Origin: Callorhinchus milii
Taxonomy: Eukaryota
Length of the DNA stretch: 64,000 nucleotides
Assembly: GCF_018977255.1 (NCBI RefSeq)
Contig: NW_024704742.1
Location: forward strand, 96,164,001 to 96,228,000
Direction of reading: 5' to 3'
In this document: piece by piece, positions 51,072-64,000 of the stretch
Numbering within the stretch: position 1 is the stretch's first letter
Layout: every line of letters starts with the position of its first letter
Translations under genes and position numbers: made by a program
Notes under the pieces: model-generated
Told to the model about the DNA's origin: nothing
Seen by the model: the letters and a program-made list of their open reading frames with translations, nothing else
The model's database searches: none

Positions 51072-52431
51072 AATTGCATTGTTGAACAGCATAAATAGAG
51101 GCATCAATGCACCTCACAAGATCTCTAGATTAATTTGGATTAAGAAGGCTCTCTGGACCTTCTGATCTCATCTCTTCAGAATAAACACCTTACCATCCTC
51201 CCATCACATCATCAGGCTGTGTTTTAGTTTCTTCCAGTGTCCTGGCCTCAACCACCCTTCCTAGCAATCTATTCCAGTCATTAATTTACCCTCAGGGTAA
51301 AAAATAACCATACTTTTATCTATCTAGTCTCCCCAATCACTAGAGGTCTGGGGGAAATCCCAGAGTTTGAGTGGGGGCATTAATAAATGGGATATATCAA
51401 TGAGCCAATAATGTGATATGTGATTTGAAAATTAACATAGCAGATACTGCATTTTCTGTCCCTAATACTTTTAACCACCGTTACCTTCCTTACATTCATG
51501 TACCGGATACAGGCTAAGCTATTTCTGTGCTCTATACATGTGTACAAGCAAGCATGGGACAGGAAAGCAGAAAATTGGTTGTGGTCTGCAAGTCAAGGCA
51601 GTAGCTTGCGATCTATAGTGGAATTTATATGAGAGGAAAACAAATCAAAAAAATACATTATGCTTAGGTCAAAGGCACTGAGGAGAAGATTCTGCATATG
51701 TCACAGCTCAGTACATCAATGCTGCTTTTTGTTGCACTTTATTCTCCTTGAACTCTGTGTGTCATCCACCCACTCAGTCAGAGTTACATTATGCATCCTA
51801 GAGATTGGCCGCTGTAGAATTCAGGCGACGTGTCCGAAAGAAACCATTCCTTCCCGTACAAGCATTTGAGTTGATGCAAATCAGTTTATTTTCTTCACAT
51901 GCACCATAAATAATATTAGCAGCATACAATTCACCAATACATAGAGTAGTCGCCATGTATTAGGCAGAAGAGAGAGAGAGTCCTACTAAATATTTATTGT
52001 GGGATTTGTGTAGTGAGGAACTTTTCTATTCACAGGAGACTTTACTCGCCAATTAAAATGGAAAGTTTTTACACTGGTTGAAAAGTTCAGATAACTGCTT
52101 TTTATATAAGTTCCACTTAATTTACAGTGGTTCCTGCCTCCGGTAAACCCTTGCCAGAATTATCTTTCTATCCACAAACATGTCACAAGAAGCCATGTGA
52201 GCCAAAAAACGCAAACATCAATGCATTTATGTATCTTCAGTCAGCTATATCAGTCTTCAATTGAGAATAGAACGATATCAACAAATACCCAGAACTGCTT
52301 CATGTGATACCACAGAATGTGCCTCCAACTGCTTAGTACATCTTAGTACATCTCTCTTGGTAAATCTATCCTATTGGCGAAAAACAAACTCAAGAAGCAA
52401 TATGAAAACTATTTTGATATGCCTATTTTAC

Positions 52432-52590
52432 AATAAAAATAATAATAATAATTCTTGCATTTGATATAATAATAATAAAAATAATAATCCTTGCATTTGA
52501 TATAGGGCCCTATCAGGCCTTCAAGACGTCTCAAAGCGCTTCATAGAATATGCTGTAAAGTGAATTGACTGTATATTTTGTGGGTGAGAA
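52432..52590 (-). mobile_element. SINE 3' fragment with tandemly duplicated terminus
   Basis: (AAT)n-CTTGCATTTGATAT occurs twice in succession before the stem-loop. Confidence 0.75.
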
Positions 52591-52744
52591 ATATGGAGAG
52601 TATTTGATACTCCCCTCCCATTACATTGTATCATGTAAACAAAATGTTCTTTGGGAAAGTGGTGAATGAAATGTAAGCCACTCCTCATCAGCCCTGATAT
52701 TTATTCTCACCACTTCTCATCCAAAATCGAGGGGATTTGTTCGG

Positions 52745-54390
52745 CCACCTCTTCCCTGTCCACCGCTATCCTCTCGCCACTTCCCCCCGACATGCCAGCA
52801 CCCACCCATCCCTCCCTATACACCTTCGACCATGTCTTTTAACCAACATTATTAACCTCTCCTTATCCACTGGCACTGTTCCCAACCCCTAAAAACAGCT
52901 GTCATCACCCCAATCCTCAAAAAACTTTTACTGTACCCATCCCTATTGCCCCATCTCCAATATCCCATTTCTCTCCAAAACCCTGAAATGAGTCGTTCTG
53001 TCCCAGCTTCACTCTTTCGTCTCTTGCCATTCCCTCTCTGAACTCCTCTAATCGTGTTTCCATGCTGCCCACAACACAGAAACAGCCGTGGTCAAAGTAA
53101 CTGACAACATTCTGAACATCTGCTGCTAGGACTCTCTGCCTACTTGTCTTCCTCGACCTCTCCGCTGCCTTTGACACTGTCGACCATTCTATCTTCGTAC
53201 ACCACCACTCTTCTCAGCTTCAATCATTGTGGACCTGCCCTTGCCTGGTTCAAATCCTACCTCTCCCACCATCTCCACTTTGTTGCCATGAATGGCCTCT
53301 TCCCCAGCCCCCTCACCATCATATGTGGCGTTCCTCAGGGCTCTGTCCTTGGCCCTCTCCTTTTCAATATCTTTATGCTCAACCTTGGTGACATCATTCA
53401 CAGGCATGGGATCAACTTCCACATGTATGCAGATGATGCCCAACTCTATCTCTGCCTCCATCCTCGATTCCTCGCAGACTGCCTGTCAGACATCAAGTCC
53501 TGAATAAGAGCTAATCTCCTGCAGTTGAACGTCAACAAGACTGAGGCCCTCCTGCTTGGCTCCGGTCAGCGCCTCCATACCTCGTGGACTGACTGCCATG
53601 GATGCCACTCCCTCCATCAATGCACTCTACATCTCACAGAGCCAATACAGAACCTTGGCATCCTGTTCAACCCTCAATTGTCCTTCATACCCCACAACTG
53701 TGCCATGACCCGCTCTGCCTTTCCTCACCTCCGCAACATTGCTCAACTCTGCCATTATCTCACACCGCAGGCCGCCGATACTCTCATACATGCATTCATA
53801 ACATCCACACTTGACTACGCAAATCCGTGCCTGTTGGCCTCCCCAACTCTGCCCTCCATAGGTTGGAACTCCATTCAGAACTCTGCAGCCCATGTCTTCT
53901 CCCCCACCAGGCTCCACGGCCCTGTCACCCCCACCCTCGACCGACTCAGCTGGCTTCCCATCACACAGAGGATACAGTTCAAGATCTTGGTCCTCACTTT
54001 CAAAGCCCTCTATGGTCTTGCTCCACCCACCTCTGCGATCTCCTAACCCCCTACCATCCTGCTCACTCCCTCCACTCAGCAGGCTGCAGCCTCCTTCACG
54101 TCCCCTGCCTTGCCCCACCCCTCCATTGGCAGGCGGGCCTTCAGCCACTCTGCCCCCACCCTCTGGAACTTCATCCCACAGTCACTCCACCTTGCTCCCT
54201 CCCTTGCCTCCTTTAAGACCCACCTCAAGATTTTCCTCTTCGACTGTGCCTTCAGTCACTCTCTCCCACCCTCTGTCCCCCACCCTCCCTGATCCCGATC
54301 CCCACTTAGGTCCAAAATATTGATTGTCCTGTGCCTTGGGACATCCTCCCAAAGTGAAAGGTGCTATACAAATATAATTTTGTTGTTGTT
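52745..54390 (+). mobile_element. 5'-truncated decayed L2 LINE (RT to tail)
   Basis: [58 protein letters not shown], and a 3' stem-loop with (TTG)n. Confidence 0.94.
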
Positions 54391-55371
54391 TGCGGTTTCC
54401 AAAGTAATGGTAGTTAACCATCACTTTGCAAAGTACATTTTGCAAAGCACAGACCACTTCACTCCCACAAGACCACAGTCGCACACTTCAGAACCAAACT
54501 CAGGATTTAGCAGTTGGATGATCCTTGTACTCATACCTCAGTTTTCTTTCAATTTTTATTGAGTTAGGAACTAAATGTAGGCTGTTGACATGCTATTAGC
54601 CCTTCGTGAATGAGGAAATGTTAGCCTTATTTCAGACCCGCTCTGAATGACATAAAATCTAGCAAGGGTTTTTTTCATATGGCATTTTTTAGCTAAGGTC
54701 TTTTTCTTCAAGGATCTTTTGTTGCTTTTAGTTTGTCTGAATATTCTAGATAGATTACAATTCAGTTTTTATATGTAATGCCAAATTGAGTTCTTGAACA
54801 AGTGTTATGATAATTGGCCTATTCTCATTGTAATTTTCAAGATTCACACCAGCTCTCAATAAGTTCTTTCTCTTTCAGAAAGGAGCACCTGAGAACCATC
54901 ACCTTCGTTAAATACATAACAGATTTAAGCTTTGCTACATCTGCATTGGTTCAAGGTCATCCATTTTGACCTTATGCTTTGCAGACCTGCCGAATTCAAA
55001 CTCAACCTCTACATTTTATTCTTTTTTCTAGGAAGCTATTGTGCTCCTCATATCTATTCTGCTTACTAGAGAGGTTTTCTGAAACAAGGTTAAACCCCCA
55101 GAAGATGAAGTGTATTCTGCTCTACCATGTTAGGGTCACAGGCAATTTCTGTCTTCAATTGTTTCTGGCTTTTCTGTTGCAGTTAGCATTCTCTCAGTCC
55201 TTCGGATCCATGATTAAGCTATGAATTGTCTGCTCTTTGTAAGTGGATTTAACAGGTTCCTGCAGTTATACAAATTAAACCAACTAAGAAAAGGCTGCAC
55301 TAAACTGTGGTATTGCCCAATCACCTTAAACATGATTCACTGGAACTACATTTATATATACATATATATTC

Positions 55372-55627
55372 ACAGTCTAGGCTGACATTCCAATACAGTG
55401 GGGGAGCATTGCATTGTCAGAGGTGTTGTTTTTCGGATGAGACATAAAACGGAGACTACCTCCGCCTGTTCAGGCAGATGTCAAAGATCCAATGGCTCTA
55501 TTGAAAAAGAGAAGGAACTTCTCACAGTGTCTTGGCGAATAATTGCCCAGATCAATTTTGGTCATTCATTCCATGATTATTTGTGGGACATAGCTATGCA
55601 CAGATTCGCTGCCCCATTTGCCTGCAT
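55372..55627 (+). mobile_element. Older Deu SINE fragment
   Basis: TCTAGGCTGACATTCCAATACAGTG..GATGTCAAAGATCCAATGGC..TTTGTGGGACATAGCTATGCAC. Confidence 0.75.
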
Positions 55628-55937
55628 AATAATAATCCTTGCATTTGATATAGCGCTTTTCACGTCTTCTAGACGTCCCAAAGCGCTTCACAGAATATAC
55701 TGTAAAGTGAATTGACTGTATATTTGTGGGCGAAACGTGGCAGCCAATTGCGCACAGCAATGTCCCACAAACAGTCGTCGATTGTAAATGACCAATTTAT
55801 TTTTGGTTTTGTTTTGGAGGGATTATTATTAGGCGTGTGGAGTAAGGAAACTTGCCCAAGGTTTCGCCCTGCCTGGAATTGAACTCAGGTCTCCCACTTG
55901 CAAAGCGAGTGCTCTAACCACTGAGCTACAGGACTCC
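55628..55937 (-). mobile_element. Young tRNA SINE, short subfamily
   Basis: Reverse complement of the 7161 family, with tail hairpin variant ACGTCT-AGA-AGACGT. Confidence 0.93.
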
Positions 55938-56276
55938 GACATATTCACAGTCATACATTTCAGAGTAAAATCTGGTTAAATGGGGAAAGAGTCTTTGTCC
56001 GAAGAGTATTATTGCAAAAAGGCTATGAGGAATCTCAATCGCCAGTTAGGGATTCCTGAAACATTTCAATCATTTGGAATATCAAGCAGTGTTGTACCAG
56101 AAAATGGAGCTTGGAGTATTGTAATATTCATTACAGAGATATGAAGCATCCATTGTGGGACACCATAACATGTGGAGAAAGTGAAGTATTGTTAGCTGAA
56201 CTTCTGTGCGTAAGATATGGCGAATATCTTCACCTAACACAACCAGGGTTTGGCAATCATTTCAATATCATTGATT

Positions 56277-56525
56277 ACAACAACAACAGAATTACATTTA
56301 TACAGCGCCTTTCACGTCGGGAGGACATCCCAAGGCACTGGACAGATAGAGTTATGGACTCGAGCTGAGGTTCGGGGTGGGGGAGGGGGAGGGCAGGAGA
56401 GGAAGCAAGGAGATCGAAAGTACGGTCGAAGAAAGGGCCTTGAAAGTTGTGAGGGAGGGGGCAAGGCGGAGGCACTGCAGGATGGACTTCCAGAGGGTGG
56501 GTGCAGAGTGGCGGAAGGCTATGCT
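56277..56525 (-). mobile_element. L2 3' fragment
   Basis: (CAA)n, then GCGCCTTTCACGTCGGGAGGACATCCCAAGGCAC and a purine-rich L2 3' region. Confidence 0.88.
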
Positions 56526-59500
56526 ACTGTGTGAACAGCGTGGAAATCCCTACTCTCACACCCTTCGCCCATTAAGCTTCTTGTTATTTCCAAAGCTTTT
56601 TCTGTTTACCATCACCTTTGGCTTCTTATTAGTTAGACAGTTTTCCATCCAACTAGCTCAGCTACCATTAATTCAATGAGCTTTCATCATCCTTACTTAA
56701 ACATCTTACATTTTGAACTTTCTCAAGTGCTTTGGAAATTCCATGGTAATGCAAATAAGTCCTTTAATGGAAGGGCTGTTCAATTATCACTTGAAATTAT
56801 GCCACTATGATTTCCCACACAAGGTACGTAAGCCATGGCTGTTGACGCATTAGAAGGTGCCACATCTGGCTCTCTTTTGGGATTTACACTTCTTTCTAAG
56901 TTTGTCGCACTGCAAAATGTGCTGAAAATTATCAGTAATTCAATAAGACAAGAAAGCTCAAATAGAATACTTTTAAATAAGAAAATTATATTTTGCACAC
57001 CATTGTCATCATCATTGACTTGGGTTTTGATCCACTTTCCAGAAGAATGCATAGTTCAGTGTTTTTTTATATCGCTTTGCACACTGTACTGGCTACTTTT
57101 ATATGCTGAAAGCTAACAGAAAAAGCTTTTATATGGCCTCTGAAATTCTGTAGTCTGTCTGCAGCAAGTGATATTCTGAATGAGGCATTATTGAACTCAT
57201 TTGATAATTATCTGTTCCTCGGATATCAGTAATGAAGGGTGGCAGATATTCTTGAAAAACAGTCATCTTTGTTCTCCAATTTTTTTGTGATGTCACTACC
57301 TCCATTGGTGTGCAGATGCATGAAATCTATTAATTGTTGTTTGTAGACATGAACATCTGGGTGCCATTGGGATACTTATGCCGTGATGTTAGGATATCCC
57401 TGCAGGTGTGGAATGGTACTAGGCCTACTTGCTCAGGCTTGCTGACCTTTCATGATGGAGTCTGAGCTCCAGTGTGCCAAAGCTCCTGAACACTGACTCA
57501 CTACAAGTCTCGGGTCTTGACAGGTCCAGAGATGGGAAAATTGGTGATTTTGATGGAAATGATTTTGCACGACAGTAGGAGCGCATTATGAGACACCCCT
57601 TTATGTACCTTTGGTTTGCCTATAAAGCAGAGTGCCATATAAGCCTGTGTGTGGCTTGTGCGCATGGACGAGCTGATTCTCTGAGCTAAACAATGATGGC
57701 TGACTTTTGAGTCATCGGGTCGCCACCGACATCACTTCCTGTGCACCTCACACGTGCAGTGATATCACTGGCCATGTGGCCGGTGACATCATGATGCAGA
57801 AGCACTGACAATTTGTTGACCCTAATTGGGTCCTGAACCGCCTGCCTCAGGGGACAGTGCCCCTCAGGGTAAAAGCAAATACGTTAATAAATAATCTCTT
57901 GTCTGCGAGTACTGCAATATAATGTCTCCATGTCTTTCTGTATTCCCAGCAGCCATGGGAAGGGGGCATACATTCCTGTGGCTGTCCCTCTTACAGCTGT
58001 CTATGGCTACATCCTGTTGTTATACCACCTGATATACAAGAAATGCTTTTCATGTTACTAAGAATAAGACAGATGTATTCACATATACATAGAGAGACCA
58101 TATGTTAAACATTTAAATAGAGACCTCCTTTTAGCTTCCCAATTATAGATTCTGTGAAGTGAAGCATTGAAAATGCAAGTGCCCAGTATATTGCAGAGAA
58201 AAGCTGTTTGCGGCCGTGCCAACTACCTTATAATGTCATAATTGCTGTAAAACCAGAGGAAGCACTTTTCATGGTTGAGAATGCAGGAAACGGTCAATTG
58301 CAACATGACAATGGATTCTAATCTCCCTCTCCAATGACAGCAGGAGGCTAGCTGAGGCGCTAAGAAAAAAAGCATTGATTTGTTGACAAAGTGGGTGAAG
58401 CTTGGCAGCTGTCACAATGAAGCATTGGTCCCCTCCACTTAATCAATGCCAGCCTTCCAACCAAATGATTTCACAGCCAAGATGAAAAGCAATCAAGAAG
58501 AACAGCCTCATAAGCATGGAGCCAGAAGATGAAGTTCAATGGAGTGTGTCGTTTAGCTCTGTCTTGCTGAGCGTGATACACGACCTAAATGCTAATCATA
58601 AACACTTAACCCTATGGGAGATCCGCAGTAATCGCAATGTTTGACCATAAACTGGCTACTTTTTTGTTAAAAATCAATTACGTAAGATTTTAAAATGAGG
58701 CGCTGTAACTTCAATTATGAACAGTGAACCTTTAAAATTAAAATTTCAATATTCAAATTTAGAAAGCTGGCAATATATGCTTGATTTGTTACAAAAACCG
58801 ATACCAACACCACAAAGTCCATAGTTGCTTGTGGTCTTAACCTTAATATAATTGCCTTAAAATCTAAAATCATGTTGATTTTTGAAAATTCATGAATTTA
58901 ATGGTAATTTGGAAAGTAGAGTGGATAACCAGTTTCCAAACTAAGACCGAGTTTAAGAATTTTCTAAAACAATCTTAAATTTTCAGTTGAGGTCTTAAAG
59001 CTAAGACTGTGAGAAATTTTAGGACTCTGATGCTAGGACAGAGACATTGGACTGGTGTCCTTGACTGAATCTTATCTATACCCTGCCCATTATCTCTTCA
59101 GCCCATGGCATTGTCTAGTGAAACAAATCACATTAAAAGAGGGAGTAAGATGATATGCCAATAAAGCATAAGGGATTCGCAAGCTGTCAGAGCCTCAGAA
59201 CCTGTGGTCTGGTTAGTGGGGAACGGGTGGGGGTCACTTTGAAGCACAATGCAATTCAGGATGACTCTTCAGCTTGCAGAATGAAAGCTCCCTTTTAGAA
59301 ACACTTAAATGTAACAGTGCTGGCCCTTTTGTGAAAGATATCCCTTCTGATCAAGCACATGTTCAACTGCTCAAAAGATTACGCTTCCAGTTAGATGCAT
59401 TAATCCTAGTTATGCTGCCTGTACCGTGAATGTCTGCATGTGCCTTCTCCTCTTTGTGTGAACCAAATGCAAATGAAAAGTAGAGCTCGTATCTCAGTAC

Positions 59501-61120
59501 CTGAAGTGAGGGAAGCTGAGCTGGCCAGGCCATTGAGGGAACGACTACAGGTGAGGCAATAACACAATGGCCAGTGCAGTGAATAACATCTATTTGGTGT
59601 GTCTGTGTGTGTGAGTATGGAAAGTGATTGCAACTTCCAGTCACTGCAGAGTTAACAATTTGCAGGTGATCTGACAGCACTCTCTCCTCCTGCAACCAGC
59701 CACACCCCCAAAAAACAAATCTAGCCCCATATCAGGCCTGGCGGCAGGCTGAACCCTTGCAAAAGTGACATACTCGGCCCAGGATGAGAAAGGTTTCAGC
59801 AAGAACTCATTAGTTAGGTTTAGGTTCCACTCTATCAGATTCTCCCCGGAATAGCTTCTGAAAATGTTCAGTGCCCAAAGAAAAGGAGATTACAGCAGCA
59901 GTCTGAGGTCTGCCAAGGAGACCAGAAAGAGCATGGATAAGTCAATGCATCACCGTCTTCACCTGGGGCTGCTGGATGCACTGCACGGTTTTTGAACATT
60001 TTAAATTCATAACCATTTTCAAGATTAATTTGCTGCAGCTTCGAAAAAAAAAGTGACTAATGGTACATCATATCACTTCCGCCACCAACTGTATCAGAGT
60101 GATTAATGAGAAAACCAATTGTATTCCTGTAAACTAAAGCAAGAACACATGGCGCAGATGTTTCTCTGTTACACAGCTGCGCACAAATATAACAGATACA
60201 ATGATTGTGCTATTAATAATGTATCAGTATTAGCGATCCATTATCTACGGAATGAAATAAGTCCTCTCCATCGCATCAAAACATCCAAAACGATGGTTCC
60301 ACATGGTACATCTCTGCTGTGTGCTCAGTTAGCTGATACGAGGGTGACTTTACAAGTGGCTTCAGCATCCTCGTTTAGAGGACAGAAATTATTTGGAACT
60401 CTTACTTCTGATTGCCAGACCAGTGGGTAATGCCTGTTATGATCCCTCATGACTAAATAGGCTGCTACCGTTTGCGGGAATTAAAAAGGAGATTAAAAAG
60501 GCACCAGTTATTATATTTCTGGACAGCAGGATAGTAACTGGTGCCTTATCACTGGATTAAGTGGTTTGTGACGTAATCTTGCAAATTCGATTTCCGAGAC
60601 TCTAACTCCAAGGAGATCCTGAGTCGGAAACAAAGCCTCATGAGCCAGTGTGACTTAGAAGTGATTCCCTGCTGAAAACACAGTTTTGTTTTTAAATCTC
60701 AGAAGTTTTATCTGGTAGTAAGGTGCCAGTAATATTATTGCATTCAACAGGTTCTCTTTATCAATCTCACTGTCTAGCTTCATACATGAAGAGTGGTCAT
60801 GTGAACTAAATGTAACTTGGTGAAGTATTGAAGGGTGATTCTCGTCCTCATCCACAGATGCTATCATGGCCATGCCACCATCTTACTTTCACAATCTTCT
60901 GTGGTTCAACACTCCTGCCTACCTCTTGCTCTCTGCCAATTAACGCCTGCATCATGTCTTCCATCCTCTCTGCAAAACAGCCTTTTAAACAAGATAACTG
61001 TCATGGCTCTAAAGTCACAGCAGGATTCAATCCATTTTCAAAGGAGTAGTTTGTTTATATAGAACTAACTAACATGAAGTTAGGGCATTGAAGTTAGGCA
61101 AAATAAAGACTTGTGCCCAA

Positions 61121-64000
61121 GAGATAGTCAGGAGGACAGACACACTTCTCTGCAGCCGCAACCAGGAGTCACAAAGGCTCTGTTACCTTCCTGGGGCCAG
61201 GGTGCAGGATGTCTCTTCAAGGCTGGAGAAGAATTTGAGGCAGGAGGGGGAGGATCCAATTGTGGTAATCCACATAGGCACCAACGATATAGGTAGGACT
61301 ACTAGGGACGACTTGAGGAGTGAGTTCAAGAAATTGGGAATGAAATTAGAAAGTAGAACTTCCAAAGTAATAATATCAGGATTACTGCCTGAGCCACGTG
61401 CAAATTGGCACAAACAAATTAAAGAATTAAATGCGTGGCTGAAAGAGTGTTGTGGAGGGCAGGGGTTTCATTTTATGGGCCACTGGCACCAGTATTGGAG
61501 GGAAAAGGGAGCTATTCCATAGAAATGAGCTCCACCTAAACTAGGCTGGGACCAATGTCCTGGCAAAACGAATAAATAGGGAGGTAGGCAGAGCTTTAAA
61601 CTACTAAGGTGGGGGAGGGAAGGATACAACTACAGTTAGAAGTAAACCAGCAAAACTAAGAATGATGAAGGTGGTAGAGCAGATTAACGAGGAAGATAAA
61701 CAGAGTGTGTCAAGGACGGACAAGAAGCTCAGAAAAGAAAATAGGGCATTAGCGAATAGGGGAAATAACAAGAAGTCAAAATTAAAGGTTCTATATCTGA
61801 ATGCACGAAGCATTCGTAATAAGATAGATGAATTAATGGCACAAATAGAAACAAATGGGTATGATCTAGTAGCCACTACTGAGACGTGGTTACAGGGGAA
61901 ATCAAGGGTGGGAGCTAAATATTCCGGGCTATTCAGCATATAGGAAAGATAGGCAACGTGGAAACGAAGTGGGGAGTGGCCCTGGTAATAAAGGATGGGG
62001 TAAAAACAGTAGAGAGGAAGGATTTTAAATCAGAAAATCAGGATGTAGAGTCAGTATGGGTGGAATTACGAAATAACAAGGGGCAGAAAACACTAGTGGG
62101 AGTAGTTTATAGACCCTCGAACAGCAGTCACAATATTGCGCAGAGGATTAACCAGGAAATTAGAGAAACATGTAGCAAAGGAAATACACTAATAGTGGCT
62201 GATTTTAATCTTCATATAGATTGGGAAAACCAAATAGGCAAAAATAAGATAGAGGAGAAGTTTATAGAATACATTAGAGATAGTTTTCTAGATCAGTATG
62301 TTGAGGAACCAACCAGAGATCAGCTATCCTAGATCTTGTTTTATGTAATGAAATAGGGCTAATCAGCAATCTGGAAGTTAACACTCCTCTAGGGCAGAGT
62401 GACCATAACATGATGGAATTTAGCATTAAGTTAGAGAGGAATGTAGGTAAGTCAGAAGCAAGCGTCTTAAATTTAAATAGAGCCAACTTTGCAGGTATGA
62501 GAGAGGATTTAGCTAAAATAGACTGGGGAATTAGATTAAAGGATATGACAGTAGACCACCAATGGCAAACTTTTAAAGATATAGTACATAATTCCCAGCG
62601 ACCACATATTCCCTTGAGGAATAAAAATACCACGGGAAAAGTGGTTCAACCATGGTTAACTAGAGCAGTTAGGGAAAGTATAAAATTAAAAGAGACCTAT
62701 AATACTGCCAAAAAGAGCAGTAAAGCCGAGGATTGCAAGGGTTTCAGAGACCAACAAAGAAAGACTAAGAAACTGATTAGAAGGGAGAAAATGGATTATG
62801 AGGGCAAACTACCTAGGGACATAAAGAATTTTTACAAATACATTAAGAGGAAGAGACTATCAAAAGTGAATGTGGATCCATTACAGGCAGAGACAGGAGG
62901 AATTATAATGGAGGATAAAGATATGGCAGAGTCATTAAACAAATACTTTGCTTCTGTTTTCACGTTAGAAGACACTGAAAACTTACCAAAAATAGAAGGG
63001 AACCAAGAAGCTAATGTTAGTGAGCAACTTAGGGAAATTAACGTCAGTAAAGAATTAAAGGCAGTATATTGGGATGGATCGAAGAGTGGCTAACGGGAAG
63101 AAAACAGAGAGCAGGGATAAATGGGTTCTTCTCAGATTGGCAAGATGTGCCTAGTGGAGTGCCACAAGGATCAGTGAGTGTTTGGGCCTCAACTATTTAC
63201 AATCTATATCAATGATCTAGACGAGGATATAGAACTTAAAATATCTAAATTTGCGGATAATAATAAGCTAGGTGGGAGTGTAAGCTCTGAGGATGACACA
63301 AAAAGATTGCAAAGGGATATAGATAGGCTAGAAGGTGGCAGATAGAATATAATGTGGGGAAGTGTGAAGTTGTTCACCTAGGTAGTAAAAACAGAAAAGC
63401 AGACTATTTTCTAGAAGGGGAGAGACTAGATAGTGTCAGTGTTCAGAGGGATTTGGGTGTCCTTGTACACCAGTCACAAAAAGTTAATATTGCAGGTACA
63501 GTAAGCAACTAGGAAGGCTAATGGCATGTTGGCGTTCATTGCAAAAGGGTTAGAATAAACGAGTAGGGAAGTCTTGCTGCAACTGCATAGGGCCTTGGTG
63601 AGACTGCACCTAGAATATTGTGTGCAGTTTTGGTGTCCTTATTTAAGAAAGGACATACTCGCCTTAGAGGGGGTGCAGCGTAGATTCACTAGGTTAGTTC
63701 CTGGGATGAGGGGGTTGATCTATGAGGATAGGTTGAGTAAACTAGGCCTATACTCTCTAGAATATAGAAGAATTAGGGGTGATCTTAGAGAAACATAAGA
63801 TTCGTATGGGGCTTGACAGAGTAGACAGTGCAAGACTATTTCCCCTGGTAGGAGAATCTAGAACTAGGGGTCACAGTTTTAAGATTAAGGGTCAGCCCTT
63901 TCGAACAGAGTTGAGGAAACCCTTCTTCACTCAGAGGGTAGTGAATTTATGGAATTCTCTACCCCAGAAGGCTGTAGATGCTCAGTCCTTGAACATATTC
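61121..64000 (+). mobile_element. CR1 LINE copy 3 (more diverged subfamily), 5'-truncated in ORF1, about 0.5 kb internal deletion, runs off the window end
   Basis: LCYLPGARVQDV..IHIGTNDIG, YLNARSIRNK..ETWL, and RT remnants with many stops and frameshifts. INVSKE is joined to ILGWIEEWL near 63053. Confidence 0.96.

Noticed and set aside
1..64000. CRISPR array, prokaryotic operon or defence system
   Set aside because: No regularly spaced repeat-spacer array and no prokaryotic gene density. All RT ORFs are CR1/L2 type. The single Ns at 4984 and 46731 are assembly ambiguities.

Overview
This is a repeat-rich, AT-rich vertebrate genomic window, either intergenic or inside a large intron. The repeat content points to a cartilaginous fish, possibly a chimaera, but that is an inference. 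I found no recognisable host protein-coding gene: every long ORF belongs to a non-LTR retrotransposon. The window holds three large CR1 LINEs, with a zinc-finger/leucine-zipper/SGNH ORF1 and an APE-RT ORF2. Two of them are near-identical, inverted, and share the same RT frameshift. It also holds many 5'-truncated L2 LINEs with (TTG)n tails, at least four tRNA-derived SINE families, a 204-bp hAT-type MITE, and several repeat-free stretches that may be conserved non-coding elements. I see no clear evidence of a wholly new biological system. The best leads concern retroelement biology: a shared disabling frameshift, a catalytically altered ORF1 esterase, a two-domain chimeric SINE, covarying L2/SINE 3' stem-loops, old DNA captured inside a young CR1, and template-switch hairpins. 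Family names come from remembered consensus sequences, not database searches, and repeat boundaries were estimated by eye.
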